Part shown: one piece after another, positions 35,193 through 46,185 of the stretch | Position numbering within the stretch: the first letter of the stretch is position 1 | How the letters are laid out: the number at the start of each line of letters is the position of its first letter | Virus record (IMG/VR): IMGVR_UViG_3300020050_009513 | Span: 12,597-76,596 of that record | From: a virus | Lineage: Duplodnaviria > Caudoviricetes | Reading direction: 5' to 3' (one strand) | Length of the DNA stretch: 64,000 nucleotides | The notes under the pieces: model-generated | The model's input: only the letters and a program-made list of their open reading frames with translations | Told to the model about the DNA's origin: nothing | The model's database searches: none | Translations under genes and position numbers: made by a program

Positions 35193-38100
35193 ATGGCTAC
35201 TACTTCAATGTTGCGTGCCAAAGGTCTTCACCTATTTAACAACTACCTAAGTGAAATTCCTGAAGGTGCATTACTAGATGCAGATAATACTGTTATTGAT
35301 CGGGACGGGACTATTGAACCTCGTCGCGGTATTCATCAGTATGGTGAAATTGGTACTACAAGTGCTGATTTGGCAAAACAATTACTTGTATATAAAGATC
35401 GTATTCTTGCTCACTACTCGTCTACTCTTGCTTGGGACGATGGCGTTGGTAATTTTACTGACTATGGAACAGCTTTTGCTGAAACTCAAGCCGGGCTTCG
35501 GATTAAGTCCGTTGAAGCTAACGGTAACTTGTATGTTACTACTTCTGAAGGTGTTAGAAAACTAGCCACAGATAGTCAAGCAGGATTAGGTACAGCTGCT
35601 ATTACATTCGCGGGTGGGATTAAGGCTATCACAGGTACTGCTACTTGTGATTATACTGTAGAAGGATTTCTACCCGGTTACTCTAAAGTTGCCTATCGTA
35701 TTACTTGGATTACTGAAGATATTAATGGTAATCTTATAGAAGGGGCGCCTAGCCCTGCTATTGAAGTAACCAATCAATCAGCGCAAGCGTGCCGTGTTGT
35801 ATTAACTTTTCAAGTTCCAAACGGTATTACTACTGACTATTCTTATCGTATTTACCGTACAAACGTAGCAGTTCAATCTGGAACTCCTACCTTTGCAGGA
35901 ATCTCTACTCTTCAAACTGGCGACGAAATGCGCCTAGTTATTGAATCTCCATATGTATCCGGTACTTCCATTACTGTAGTTGATGAAACTCCGGAAGATT
36001 TTCGTAATAATGGAGTAAATTTATATACAAATGAATTCTCAGGAGAGGGCATTAATCAATCGAATGAACCTCCTCCATTTGCAAAAGATATTGCTCTATA
36101 CAAGAATGCAGTATTCTTTTCTAATACACGCACGCGCCACTTTCTTCAAATTTCCCTATTGGGGCTTAGTGCTTTTAAGAGTTATGGGGGTTTACAGGAT
36201 GCGATTAATATTACTAGTATTACCTACCTTGCTCCAGATACTACTATTACTTTCTCTGCTGACCATGGACTTACCGTAGGAACTAGAATTGTTGTTCTTG
36301 AGTCCGGGTCTGCTCTTGATGGTGTACAGATCATTACAGATGTTCCTACTAGTTCTACTATCGTCGTAGAAGCGGATAGCACTGGAGCTAATGCATCTAC
36401 TACCTCTATCTACGGATCATCAATTGCAATTGTTCGTGGAGCAAACCCTCCTAATTACTACTATTTTGTAGGCCGACCTGAGGTTAATAGTTTTACTTTA
36501 CCTGCAAAAGCAGCTTTAGCCACTGTGGGTACAGCTGATTATATTCGTTTATATGCTTCAGAAGATTCTGCTAATTATGTATTTTGGTTTGATACTAATG
36601 GTACAGTAGACGAGCCGGTAGTAGCAGGAGCTATTCTTGTACGAGTGGATGTTACTGATGCTGGTATTGTGACCGCAGCTAATGTTGCTGACAAACTAGC
36701 AGACACAATTAGCGAAAATTCTTTTGATTTTCTTATTAGCGATGTAACTGGTCCTGTTGTACAAGTTCAAAATTCCAATAGCGGATCAGCTACCGACGCT
36801 ACCGTGACCGGAACTATTGCTGTTGTAAAAGATCAAAATGGACACGGGGAAAATGCGGCTCTTCATTATGTTCGTCTATCAACATACCTAAGTCCGGCAC
36901 AGTCCATTGATGATACAGGTCGCTCACTAGCGAAAGTTATTACTGCAAATGCATCCGAGTATGTAAATGCATTTTATCTATTTGACCCTAACGGTCTTCC
37001 GGGTAATTTGTATTTGCAATCACGAGACTTAGACCCTACCCCCTTCTTTATTACTGCTAGTGATGCTACTACCGGAGCAGCATTCAATCCTGATTTAAGT
37101 ACTCCTACATCCTCTGGCAACGAGGAAAGTAATAATCGTATTTATTATTCCAAGCCCAGTCAGCCCGAGGCTGTACCTCTACTTAACTACCAACCAGTCG
37201 GCCCTAAAGATAAGAAGATTCTTCGTATTATTGCTCTTCGGGATAGTTTATTCATCCTTAAAGAAGAGGCTGTATACCGTTTAACAGGAGATTCTTCTAC
37301 CAATTACTCTATTACTATTTTTGATAACTCAGCTAATCTAACAGCACCAGACACAGCGGTTGTTTTAAACAATCAAATCTACTGCCTTACTACTCAAGGT
37401 ATTGCTACTATCTCAGAAACTGGAGTTAGTATTATATCTCGACCTATCGAGTCTGTATTTAATACAGTAATGTCCCCAGCTTTTACTAATTATAAAACTA
37501 TCTCATTTGCTACCGCATATGAATCGGATCGTGCGTATTTAATTGCAGTTCCTAGCCTGCCTACCGATGAAAACGCTACTCGTATTTTTAGATTTAATAC
37601 CTTTACTCAAACTTGGACTTATTGGTCTAAAGAAGTTACTTGCGCAATTGTTGAACCTAGCATTAATAAGTTATACATTGGGGCAGGGGATACGAATTTA
37701 GTAGAGGTGGAGCGTAAAGAGCTTACACGAGATGACTACGCAGATCGTCAATATCAGCTAGCTATTCCTGTAAATTCTATTGTTAATGGTAATGTTACCT
37801 TAAGCAGCGGTGTTTTGGTTGAACCTGGAGACAGTATCATCCAACTACAGTATTTAACTGTAGGTCAAGTAGAACGCCTTGCTAAAAAAATTGCACTGGA
37901 CACAGCAGTACCAGACACAGTAGGGAATCAAAATAAAGATTTTTATCGTAATTTTGATATTGCTATTGGTGGAAATATTCAAACGCGCCTGTCTGCTCTA
38001 ATTACACAATTGAATGCTGATGTGGGTGGGGCATTTGATACAACCTATTCTTCTGATTTTGAGACCTTACAAGGTGAATTTAATGCCTTGGTAGTGGTCA

Positions 38101-38633
38101 TGAACTCCAGCGCCTTGTTAAATCAAACCAATTATCAAGGATCTATCGGCACTGCTCCAGTAGAAATCTTAGTACAGGCTAAGGTATCGACTAACATTGT
38201 AACACCCTTGGCCCTTGGTCCAATAGTTCAAGGTGCAGTAACCCACTATAAAGCGATTAAGTCCTCTGTAGTATGGGCGCCCTCTTCTTTTGGGGACCCG
38301 TCTTTGTACAAGCATATCCGGCAAGGAACTGTCCTATTTGATACCGCAGGCATTGCCTTTGCTACTATTGGATATAATAGCGACCTAAGTCCTAACTTTG
38401 AAGATATTCCTTTCCTAATGGAAGGGGATGGATCTTGGGGCGGGTTCTTTTATTCGTCTACTACATGGGGCGGAGAGGGGACAGCTCGTCCCTTTAGGAC
38501 TCTTATTCCTCGTCAGAAGCAGCGTTGTCGATTTATCCGGGCTCGTTTTCAGCATAGCACAGCTTTCTATAGGTACTCAATACTAGGTATTTCTTATACC
38601 TATGAAATCTATGGGGAAAGGGCATACAAGTAA
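35193..38633 (+). CDS. tail nozzle (tail tubular B / gp10-like)
   Basis: 1146 aa; beta-propeller-like repeats; IYYSK...PEA motif; C-terminal RCRFIRARF. Confidence 0.75.
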   Translation: MATTSMLRAKGLHLFNNYLSEIPEGALLDADNTVIDRDGTIEPRRGIHQYGEIGTTSADLAKQLLVYKDRILAHYSSTLAWDDGVGNFTDYGTAFAETQAGLRIKSVEANGNLYVTTSEGVRKLATDSQAGLGTAAITFAGGIKAITGTATCDYTVEGFLPGYSKVAYRITWITEDINGNLIEGAPSPAIEVTNQSAQACRVVLTFQVPNGITTDYSYRIYRTNVAVQSGTPTFAGISTLQTGDEMRLVIESPYVSGTSITVVDETPEDFRNNGVNLYTNEFSGEGINQSNEPPPFAKDIALYKNAVFFSNTRTRHFLQISLLGLSAFKSYGGLQDAINITSITYLAPDTTITFSADHGLTVGTRIVVLESGSALDGVQIITDVPTSSTIVVEADSTGANASTTSIYGSSIAIVRGANPPNYYYFVGRPEVNSFTLPAKAALATVGTADYIRLYASEDSANYVFWFDTNGTVDEPVVAGAILVRVDVTDAGIVTAANVADKLADTISENSFDFLISDVTGPVVQVQNSNSGSATDATVTGTIAVVKDQNGHGENAALHYVRLSTYLSPAQSIDDTGRSLAKVITANASEYVNAFYLFDPNGLPGNLYLQSRDLDPTPFFITASDATTGAAFNPDLSTPTSSGNEESNNRIYYSKPSQPEAVPLLNYQPVGPKDKKILRIIALRDSLFILKEEAVYRLTGDSSTNYSITIFDNSANLTAPDTAVVLNNQIYCLTTQGIATISETGVSIISRPIESVFNTVMSPAFTNYKTISFATAYESDRAYLIAVPSLPTDENATRIFRFNTFTQTWTYWSKEVTCAIVEPSINKLYIGAGDTNLVEVERKELTRDDYADRQYQLAIPVNSIVNGNVTLSSGVLVEPGDSIIQLQYLTVGQVERLAKKIALDTAVPDTVGNQNKDFYRNFDIAIGGNIQTRLSALITQLNADVGGAFDTTYSSDFETLQGEFNALVVVMNSSALLNQTNYQGSIGTAPVEILVQAKVSTNIVTPLALGPIVQGAVTHYKAIKSSVVWAPSSFGDPSLYKHIRQGTVLFDTAGIAFATIGYNSDLSPNFEDIPFLMEGDGSWGGFFYSSTTWGGEGTARPFRTLIPRQKQRCRFIRARFQHSTAFYRYSILGISYTYEIYGERAYK

Positions 38634-39040
38634 TGAAAGTCACAAACTTAAAACGGCTTGTAATGGAAGACTTCGAGTCAGAGGACCAAGAGTTAATCAA
38701 CAAAGTTGCCTTCTCTTATAATCCGCTCATTGAACAGATTACTCAAGCCTTCAATAACAATATTGATTTTGATAACTTGAATCAACAGGTTATAACATTT
38801 GATGTTGAATTGGATGCAGCAGGTATACCTAAGGCAGTTACTGAACTTCGTAATAAGTTGAGAGGCAAGCCACAGGGTATACTGGTTATGAGAGCAGAAA
38901 ATTTGGCACTCAATAACCTATACCCAACTGCAACCCCGTTCATCACATTCTCATTAAGAGATAATAATATCCTTATTAAGCATGTTGCTGGAATTCCCGC
39001 TGATACAAAGTATAAACTCACCGTAATATCAGTAGGTTAA
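38633..39040 (+). CDS. virion structural protein
   Basis: 135 aa, coupled to nozzle. Confidence 0.55.
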   Translation: MKVTNLKRLVMEDFESEDQELINKVAFSYNPLIEQITQAFNNNIDFDNLNQQVITFDVELDAAGIPKAVTELRNKLRGKPQGILVMRAENLALNNLYPTATPFITFSLRDNNILIKHVAGIPADTKYKLTVISVG

Positions 39041-39052
39041 CATATTATAATA
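39038..39052 (+). promoter_or_regulatory. late-promoter motif, copy 10
   Basis: TAACATATTATAATA. Confidence 0.65.
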
Positions 39053-39065
39053 GGAGATCCTACTC

Positions 39066-40640
39066 GTGGCAGTTCAAGCAAAGCTAAACCAAGATAAGAA
39101 TAACCAGCAGACCGGCGGTGGACAAGCGCCTGCTACGGCAGCTCCGTCTACTCAGGTATCTACGGTTAACCCTTACAGTGGCGCTACAACTACTCCTACA
39201 GGCAACACATCCTCGGGACGTTTTACAAACATCTCTAGCTATTTGAATGCTAACAAAGGTGCTGGTGAGAAGATTGCAACTCAAGTTGGGTCTAACATCA
39301 CTAAGCAAGTTGATAAAACTCAAGAGCAAACAAATAAAGTAAACGATGTTGCTTCTGCGGTTAATGCAGAAAAAGATCGTTTGGCTAAAGCACAAGAATA
39401 CAATGCTAAGATTCAAGAAAATCCAAATGAACTAGTTAATGACGAGACTACCTACGGTCAAGTTCGTAATTTAATTACTGGAACTAGTGATCAGTCTAAA
39501 CAACAGCAGGATGCTTCTGCTGCTTTGTCTGGAGCTAACACTGCATTGAATACTGTAGGACAAAAGATCTCCGGCCTCGGTAACGAAGCAGGCCGCTTCA
39601 ATGTTCTTGGTGAAACATTTGCTCGTCCTTCTTACTCTCAAGGTCAGAAGCGTTTGGATCAGTTGTTATTCTCTGTTGGCGGCGCTCAACAATTGGCTGA
39701 TACTGCAAAGAATCTTCAAGGTCAAGTACAAACTCGTCAAAATCAAGTTAACGATTTGACTAAGACTATTGGTGATCAACTTACTTCTAACGCTACTGCA
39801 TTAGGAGACGCTTCTACTCTTCTTGGAAATACCTTGAATAGTCAACAAGCTAACCTTATACAACAGCAAACAGATGAAGCTAAAGCTCTGAATGCTAAAA
39901 ATGCTGATTTAAATCAAACACTCACTGCTTTGTTCTCTGGTGGATTCGATCAACTCACCGATACTCAAAAAGAATTAGCTAAACAAGAATTGGCTAAATC
40001 TGGTTTGGGACTTGATAGCAAGACTTACAATGTTCTCAATGAAAACAAATATCGTAACTACCTTACCGAAGGTGCTACGGATTTTAGTGCAGCCGATGTA
40101 CTCGATGACCAAGAATTGGCTCGTTACCAAGCACTAGCTCGTCTCCAAGGAATGACACCGGAACAGTATGCCTATACCCAAGCCGGAAGTAATAAAGCTA
40201 CTGCTGGACTAAAGGGTCAGGATCTTCAATCAGCAATTAAAAGTGCTGAAGAAACATTTAACTCTATTCTATCTGGCACAAATTTAACAGGAAATGCCAG
40301 CACAGTAGAACGTCGTGGCGGGTTCCTTAACGCTCGAAGCCCTGAAGAACAGTCCTATACTACTAAAGCTAATGCTATGGCCCTGTTGCAAGGTATCTTG
40401 AGTGGACAAGGAACTAACGTAGAAGCTCAGTGGAGTCAAGGTAATCAAGTACGCAGCCCTATTACTTACAACATGGCAGCGAACGGTCCTGGACAACTCG
40501 GCGGCATCGACTGGGCTAACGTAGCTACTGCTTCAGGGCAAGACCTCTGGAATCAGTTTCAAAATATTCTTAATCAACAGGGCTACAGCAATACTCTCGG
40601 TGGTATTAAACCCTCTAACGGTAATTTCGGAGTAAGCTAA
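39066..40640 (+). CDS. internal virion/ejection protein
   Basis: Q/N/A-rich helical; after tail genes. Confidence 0.65.
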   Translation: MAVQAKLNQDKNNQQTGGGQAPATAAPSTQVSTVNPYSGATTTPTGNTSSGRFTNISSYLNANKGAGEKIATQVGSNITKQVDKTQEQTNKVNDVASAVNAEKDRLAKAQEYNAKIQENPNELVNDETTYGQVRNLITGTSDQSKQQQDASAALSGANTALNTVGQKISGLGNEAGRFNVLGETFARPSYSQGQKRLDQLLFSVGGAQQLADTAKNLQGQVQTRQNQVNDLTKTIGDQLTSNATALGDASTLLGNTLNSQQANLIQQQTDEAKALNAKNADLNQTLTALFSGGFDQLTDTQKELAKQELAKSGLGLDSKTYNVLNENKYRNYLTEGATDFSAADVLDDQELARYQALARLQGMTPEQYAYTQAGSNKATAGLKGQDLQSAIKSAEETFNSILSGTNLTGNASTVERRGGFLNARSPEEQSYTTKANAMALLQGILSGQGTNVEAQWSQGNQVRSPITYNMAANGPGQLGGIDWANVATASGQDLWNQFQNILNQQGYSNTLGGIKPSNGNFGVS

Positions 40641-41599
40641 TGGTTGCACCTCTTTTAATCGGAGCTGGCGCTAGTCTTGCTGGTGGACTTCTTGGTCAGG
40701 CAGCTTCTGCAGGCGATCGTGCGGCATCTTCCCAGATGCTGCAAGATTTGCTTATGCAATATCAAAATCTTAATACGCCTGATGTTGATGCTCTTAAGGT
40801 ATATTTAGAACAGCAACAATCCATGGGGGATTTGGTTCCTCAACAAGAGGCTTTGGTTGGACAACTAGGCCCTTCTGCCTTAGGTGCTATTTCTCTTGAT
40901 CCTGCTTTGCGGGCTCAACAAATGGAAGCTCTGAATACTATTGCTGAGACTTCTAAAGAAGGTATGTCCGCAGTAGACCGTGCCCAGTTGGATGAATTGC
41001 TGCGTACCAATGCAGCCGCTACAACTGCTGCACAAAAATCTGTTCTGGAGAACCGTCAATCTCGAGGCATGGGTGGCGGTGGTGATGAGCTTGCTGCTAT
41101 GCTTGGTAATACCCAAAGCGCGGCAAATCGAGGAAGCTCTGAATCTCTTAAGATTGCAGCAGAAGCTGCTAATCGCCGTTTGAATGCTACAGACAAATCA
41201 GCTAACTTGGCTGCTGCTATTGAAGCTTCTGATTACAACCGTGCTGCAGCTAAAGCTGGAGCTAATGACGCTATCGCTAACTTTAATGCTCAGCTTAAGC
41301 AGGGTCTTGAGGGTCGTAACACTTCTTCTGCAAATAATGCACAAGAGCGTAATTTGGCAAACAAACAAACAATTGCCAATAATAACACTGCTACTCGAAA
41401 TCAGCAACAGCAATACAATACCAATTTAACTCAACAGGACTTTGAAAATAAACTGAAGAAGTTGGGTGGAGTTGCAAGCGCTACTACCGGAGCTTCGCAG
41501 AATTTACAAAATAATGCTAACGCTACTGCACAAATGTGGTCTAATATTGGGACTGGTGCTGGTGCAATCGGCGCTAATTACATGAATCAAAAGAAGTAA
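40640..41599 (+). CDS. DNA ejection (pilot) protein
   Basis: GAGASLAGGLLG N-terminus; A/N/Q-rich. Confidence 0.7.
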   Translation: MVAPLLIGAGASLAGGLLGQAASAGDRAASSQMLQDLLMQYQNLNTPDVDALKVYLEQQQSMGDLVPQQEALVGQLGPSALGAISLDPALRAQQMEALNTIAETSKEGMSAVDRAQLDELLRTNAAATTAAQKSVLENRQSRGMGGGGDELAAMLGNTQSAANRGSSESLKIAAEAANRRLNATDKSANLAAAIEASDYNRAAAKAGANDAIANFNAQLKQGLEGRNTSSANNAQERNLANKQTIANNNTATRNQQQQYNTNLTQQDFENKLKKLGGVASATTGASQNLQNNANATAQMWSNIGTGAGAIGANYMNQKK

Positions 41600-41608
41600 G
41601 GGATTACA

Positions 41609-43324
41609 ATGGCACGCAATATTCTTGATGATATCCTAGGTAACGGAATGATGCAGGCTGACACTGGCTCTATGGGGCAGTCTATTCAAGATGATATTCG
41701 TCGCCAAGCCAACCTAGAACAAAGCCTTCAGGCTATGGAAGAGGAGCGTCCTACTCTAGCAAGCTCTATCCAAGATGAAAGTGCGGCTGCTGGATTAGAA
41801 GTCCCGCCTCCTATGCCTTCGCTTGCAGAACAAATGCGTGATCCTAAATTGGATAAGATGTTGGGAATCGGCCCTCGTACTCCTGCTGCAACAGGAACCG
41901 CTCCTGCTGCACCTGTTGACATTGACGCTGATCGCCAAAAAGGCTTGAACGTATTTCCGTTTGATCCGGCCATTAATGCTTATCCTGATAATCCTAACTG
42001 GAACCCTCAGGTTGCCGATAAACTTAAAAATATCGGAATGGCTCCCTTCACTATGCCGGAAGAAAATATTCTGGCTAACGTACCTAAGCCTAGTTTGAGT
42101 CTTAAAGATACTTTACCTAAGCCTAAAAAAGCTAAGGCTAAAGTTGAGGACAAGGGTCCATATGATCCTTCTGAAGAAGAAGATGCAAACGCAGCTGCTG
42201 ACGCAGTTGAGGATGTTAAGGACGCTGCTGTTAAAGTTCAGGAATCTGAAGAAGATGAGTTGAGTGCTGCACAAAAGGCTAAGCGCCAAGATCAGATGCT
42301 TCAGGCTATCCTTAAGGCTAGCGCTAACATTGGTGCGGCTATTGCGGGCCAAGGCCACATTAAAGCTGACCTATCTTCTATCGAAGCTTTCGATCCTTTG
42401 GTCGGCTCTCAGCTTGAAGACTTAAAAGAAAAGCGTACTCAAGAAAAGAGTATGATTGAGCTTGACAAATTGCGTGACCAACGCAAAGATGATAAGGCTA
42501 AAGCTGATCCTGCTAGCGAGATCTCTCAGATTGCTCGTAACATGGTTATTCCTGATTTACGTAAACTGGGTATGAATGACCTGGCTGATCGTATTATTTC
42601 TAGCAATGCTAGTCATAAGCAGATTGAAGACTTGTTTGGTCAAAACAGCCTGGCTAATCGTATTAACCAGCATGAAGCTTCGTTGGCTCGTATTGCATCT
42701 TCAAATGCTTTGCGGGAAGCTCGTAAAGAAGGCGCAGATCAGCGCAATGACGACAAGCGTCAGGCTCAGATTCAAGGACTACGTAAAGAACTTATGTCGG
42801 GAACTCTTGGTAAGCAATATGCTAACTACTTATCTGCTGCTCGGGCTGACGAAATGCTTACTGAATTTGCCAAAAATCCTACTGGTTACTCTGATTACGG
42901 TTCCTTGATGGGCGCTCTTAAAGCCTTGCAAGGTGACGAGTCCGTTGTACGTGAGGCGGAGATTCGGTTAGGTATGCAGGCTACATCCTTGCCTAATAAA
43001 CTAGCCAACTGGGTTAGCAGCGCAAGCACGGGTAAAATGTTGCAGCCTAAGCAACGTCAAGATATGATTAAAGCTATTAAGATTTTGTCTCAGGTATCTA
43101 AAGATAAATTCCATGAAGCCTCTGCTCCGGTTATGCAACAAGCTGAACTTATGGGAATTGATCCTAAGTATTTGATTGGCGGCCAAATGACTGGCGCGGA
43201 TCAGCCTCAAGTTTCAGGTGAACAAAAGAAAACCTTAGTTAAGAAGTTGCAAAATAAAGCTGCTAATAAAACTAAGTATATTTATTCTGACGGTTCTGAA
43301 GAAGTTGTTGACGGATTAAAGTAA
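41609..43324 (+). CDS. internal virion/ejection protein
   Basis: 571 aa helical. Confidence 0.65.
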   Translation: MARNILDDILGNGMMQADTGSMGQSIQDDIRRQANLEQSLQAMEEERPTLASSIQDESAAAGLEVPPPMPSLAEQMRDPKLDKMLGIGPRTPAATGTAPAAPVDIDADRQKGLNVFPFDPAINAYPDNPNWNPQVADKLKNIGMAPFTMPEENILANVPKPSLSLKDTLPKPKKAKAKVEDKGPYDPSEEEDANAAADAVEDVKDAAVKVQESEEDELSAAQKAKRQDQMLQAILKASANIGAAIAGQGHIKADLSSIEAFDPLVGSQLEDLKEKRTQEKSMIELDKLRDQRKDDKAKADPASEISQIARNMVIPDLRKLGMNDLADRIISSNASHKQIEDLFGQNSLANRINQHEASLARIASSNALREARKEGADQRNDDKRQAQIQGLRKELMSGTLGKQYANYLSAARADEMLTEFAKNPTGYSDYGSLMGALKALQGDESVVREAEIRLGMQATSLPNKLANWVSSASTGKMLQPKQRQDMIKAIKILSQVSKDKFHEASAPVMQQAELMGIDPKYLIGGQMTGADQPQVSGEQKKTLVKKLQNKAANKTKYIYSDGSEEVVDGLK

Positions 43325-43343
43325 CTAGTGTAAGGTAGAAGGT

Positions 43344-45890
43344 ATGGCTAAACAAGACTCAGGATGGGAAGAAGTACCGCTAACGGGTGACGATTCAGGA
43401 TGGGAAGAAGTTCCTGTTCAGAGCATCGCTATACCTTCTTCTAAAGAAGATATGACAATTCGTCCTGATGATGTCTCCATGCTTGAGAGTGCCGTTCGTG
43501 GTGCGGCTCAAGGGGCTTCCTTCGGCTTTGCCGATGAGCTTACAGGTGCTGCAGAAGCTTTAAAAGAAGCCTATGAAACTGATGATCTAGGAAAGCTTAA
43601 CTGGGAAACCTACGAAAAGGGCCGGGACGAATCCCGAGCTGCTTATACAGCTGCAGAAGAAGCTAATCCTATGACCTCCCTGGCTGGTAACTTAGCCGGC
43701 GGTCTTCTTATCCCCGTACCTGGAGCTAATGCTGCTCTTAAGGGCGCTACTGGGGCTGCCAAGTTTGCTAAATTAGCTGGTATCGGTGCAGGAGCCGGGG
43801 CTCTTACCTCTATGGGGACTAGCGAAGCCGCTACTGCGCAGGACCTTGGTAAGGATGCTGCTATTGGGGCTGTTGGCGGTGCCGTAATCACTCCTGCTTT
43901 AGGTATGGGCGTACCTGCGGTAGCTTCTAAGCTTTCTAATTGGTGGAAAAGTAATAGGTTTGGTAAGGATACCATAAATGCATTTAAACTTTCTCGGGAA
44001 AATCCGGAGTTTATGTCTCCGAAAAATGCCAAGAAGGTAGCTGATGATTTGTACAGTACGGTTGAAAATAAAATTCTTCCTATGGTAACAGATGATCTAC
44101 AGGACGCTGCATCTAAAACCTATCAAGAAGGCATTGAGCAGGCTGGAGGCGTAGCCTCTGTTGATGATTTGAATCATATGGTAGATGAGGCTTTCACAAC
44201 AAGCAATCCTGCCATCTTAGCGGACCCTTCATATCAGGATCAAATTGCTAAGACTAAGGGTGTTGTTTCTGGTCTTGCTGGTGAATTGGAAGTTGCCCTT
44301 CCCTCTAAGGCAGCTAGCACTGCTGATGAAGAGGCGCGTTTAGCAGACAAGCTTAAAGATACAATGGCCAAAGAAAATACTCGTATGCGGACTGAGATTG
44401 ATAATCAGACCCGTGCTGAGACTCGTCGTCTTATCGAAGATGCAGGTAAAACAGATGCGGTTACGGCTGCACAAAAAGCAGCGAATGAATGGTTTGCAGT
44501 AGAAGAACAAAAATCTTTAGCTGATGCATACAATAAAGCTGTATCTAAAGCTGATACAGAAGTAAATGCAGTTCTTAAAGAAACATTAGATGCTATGCGC
44601 TCTAACGGAGCTTCTTCTGCAGATATTGAGTCTGCCCGTAAATCCTTAGTTCCTAAGATTCAAAAGGCTCGGGATGATCTTGCTAAGAAATATCACCAAG
44701 ATTACATGGATTACTACACTAAGGCAAAGGCTGAAAACCCCCTTACTAAAATTAGTACCGAACCTAATCAGGTTGGCGAACAAGTACTAAAAGCAGAGTT
44801 TATTGATCCCACAGGTCGGCGCCGTGTTAAAAGCTACAATCTTAATAAACTTACCGATGCAGTAAAGGCTAAAGATCCTGCTGCTTTAACAGAAATCTCA
44901 GAGCAAATCAAAGCTGAGAAGCTGCGTGCTTTGGAATCTGCTGGCGCCCCTTCCATTGCTAAAGAGACCGATCCCGTAAGCGGTAAAGACATGATGGTAC
45001 TTCGCTACTTCCGTCCTGACGGGACCGAGGTTGTTAAACCTGAGGTCATTAAAGCTGCTATGACTAGCGATACTGCTCGTATTGCTATGAAGTCTGACAT
45101 GGTTGCTGAGGACGTTGTTAAGTTAAAGCGTCAGGCCCAAAATATGATGAATATGTTTGAGACCGGGCCGGGTAAGCAAGGTAACCCGGATATTTATCAA
45201 GCCGCCTCTCGTTTAAATAATGCAGCAGACATTAAACTTAAAAGTCTAGGTGTAGATCTAGATACAATTAATGCCAAATACAAAACTGTCTCTGAGGTTG
45301 CAGGGCAAACAGGTGTAGATTTGCGTGGAGGATCTATTGGTAAAGATCCTTTGCGTCGTCGTGAAGCTGCAGAGAAATTAGCTAAGGACTTCAGTACTCA
45401 ACACAAAAATATTGGTACAAACCAAGAACGTAGACTTGCTAAGACTCAAGAGATCCTAGATGAGTCCGGATTGATTGATCCTAAAAAGGTAGAAGCCACA
45501 TTTAATGAAGCTAATGATCTATCTTATAAGGACTATTTGCTTCGTAATGCGTTCAATGAATCCTACTTAGCTACAGATGCTACCAAATACGGACTAGGGA
45601 CCGGGGCTTTTAATGCTCGTGGTAAACTTCTTCAGGGTACTTCTTTGGTAGGTGCAGCCACTCACCAAGTAGACAAAGGTGTAGCTGCTCTTGGTAGATC
45701 GGTACAGTCTTTGACTCCGGACGGTTTAATTAATCTTGCTAGTAAAGTTAAGGATACAAAAATTGCTCAGCTTCTTAAGAATATTGCTTCTCAACCAGAA
45801 GGCAAACGTAAAGCTCTTATCTTCTCAATGATGCAGACCCCGGCATACCGAGAAGCTCTAAACGGGGTTCTTGGAGATATCGGTGAATAA
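43344..45890 (+). CDS. large ejection protein
   Basis: WEEVP repeats at N-terminus; RGAAQGASFGFADE and G/A-rich membrane-like segment. Confidence 0.7.
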   Translation: MAKQDSGWEEVPLTGDDSGWEEVPVQSIAIPSSKEDMTIRPDDVSMLESAVRGAAQGASFGFADELTGAAEALKEAYETDDLGKLNWETYEKGRDESRAAYTAAEEANPMTSLAGNLAGGLLIPVPGANAALKGATGAAKFAKLAGIGAGAGALTSMGTSEAATAQDLGKDAAIGAVGGAVITPALGMGVPAVASKLSNWWKSNRFGKDTINAFKLSRENPEFMSPKNAKKVADDLYSTVENKILPMVTDDLQDAASKTYQEGIEQAGGVASVDDLNHMVDEAFTTSNPAILADPSYQDQIAKTKGVVSGLAGELEVALPSKAASTADEEARLADKLKDTMAKENTRMRTEIDNQTRAETRRLIEDAGKTDAVTAAQKAANEWFAVEEQKSLADAYNKAVSKADTEVNAVLKETLDAMRSNGASSADIESARKSLVPKIQKARDDLAKKYHQDYMDYYTKAKAENPLTKISTEPNQVGEQVLKAEFIDPTGRRRVKSYNLNKLTDAVKAKDPAALTEISEQIKAEKLRALESAGAPSIAKETDPVSGKDMMVLRYFRPDGTEVVKPEVIKAAMTSDTARIAMKSDMVAEDVVKLKRQAQNMMNMFETGPGKQGNPDIYQAASRLNNAADIKLKSLGVDLDTINAKYKTVSEVAGQTGVDLRGGSIGKDPLRRREAAEKLAKDFSTQHKNIGTNQERRLAKTQEILDESGLIDPKKVEATFNEANDLSYKDYLLRNAFNESYLATDATKYGLGTGAFNARGKLLQGTSLVGAATHQVDKGVAALGRSVQSLTPDGLINLASKVKDTKIAQLLKNIASQPEGKRKALIFSMMQTPAYREALNGVLGDIGE

Positions 45891-46185
45891 GGAAAATTGG
45901 GACAAGCTGGAAGAGTCCATTACTGAAATCAAAATGACTTTGGTACGGAATACCGTTACCTTAGAAGAGCATATGCGCCGGACGGCTGCGGCTGAAAAGA
46001 ATATTGAGATTGCTCAAGAACGTATTACCGTAGTTCAAGAAAAGCTTGAACATGATATGGAACCTATACGGGATCACGTAAAAACTGTAAACTTAATTAT
46101 GCGACTCATCGGTATTGTTACTAGTACCGTTGCTGCCACTCTCCTTTTTGTCAAGGAGTTCGGCTTGTTCAATTTCTTTAAGTAA
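45871..46185 (+). CDS. coiled-coil protein with C-terminal TM (holin-like candidate)
   Basis: coiled coil followed by hydrophobic helix. Confidence 0.5.
   Translation: MEISVNKENWDKLEESITEIKMTLVRNTVTLEEHMRRTAAAEKNIEIAQERITVVQEKLEHDMEPIRDHVKTVNLIMRLIGIVTSTVAATLLFVKEFGLFNFFK

Noticed and set aside
10323-44032. Numerous long antisense ORFs opposite structural genes (e.g. 13301-13975, 22714-23262, 24582-25136, 43643-44032)
   Set aside because: Shadows of codon bias in highly expressed genes; no SD or recognisable domains
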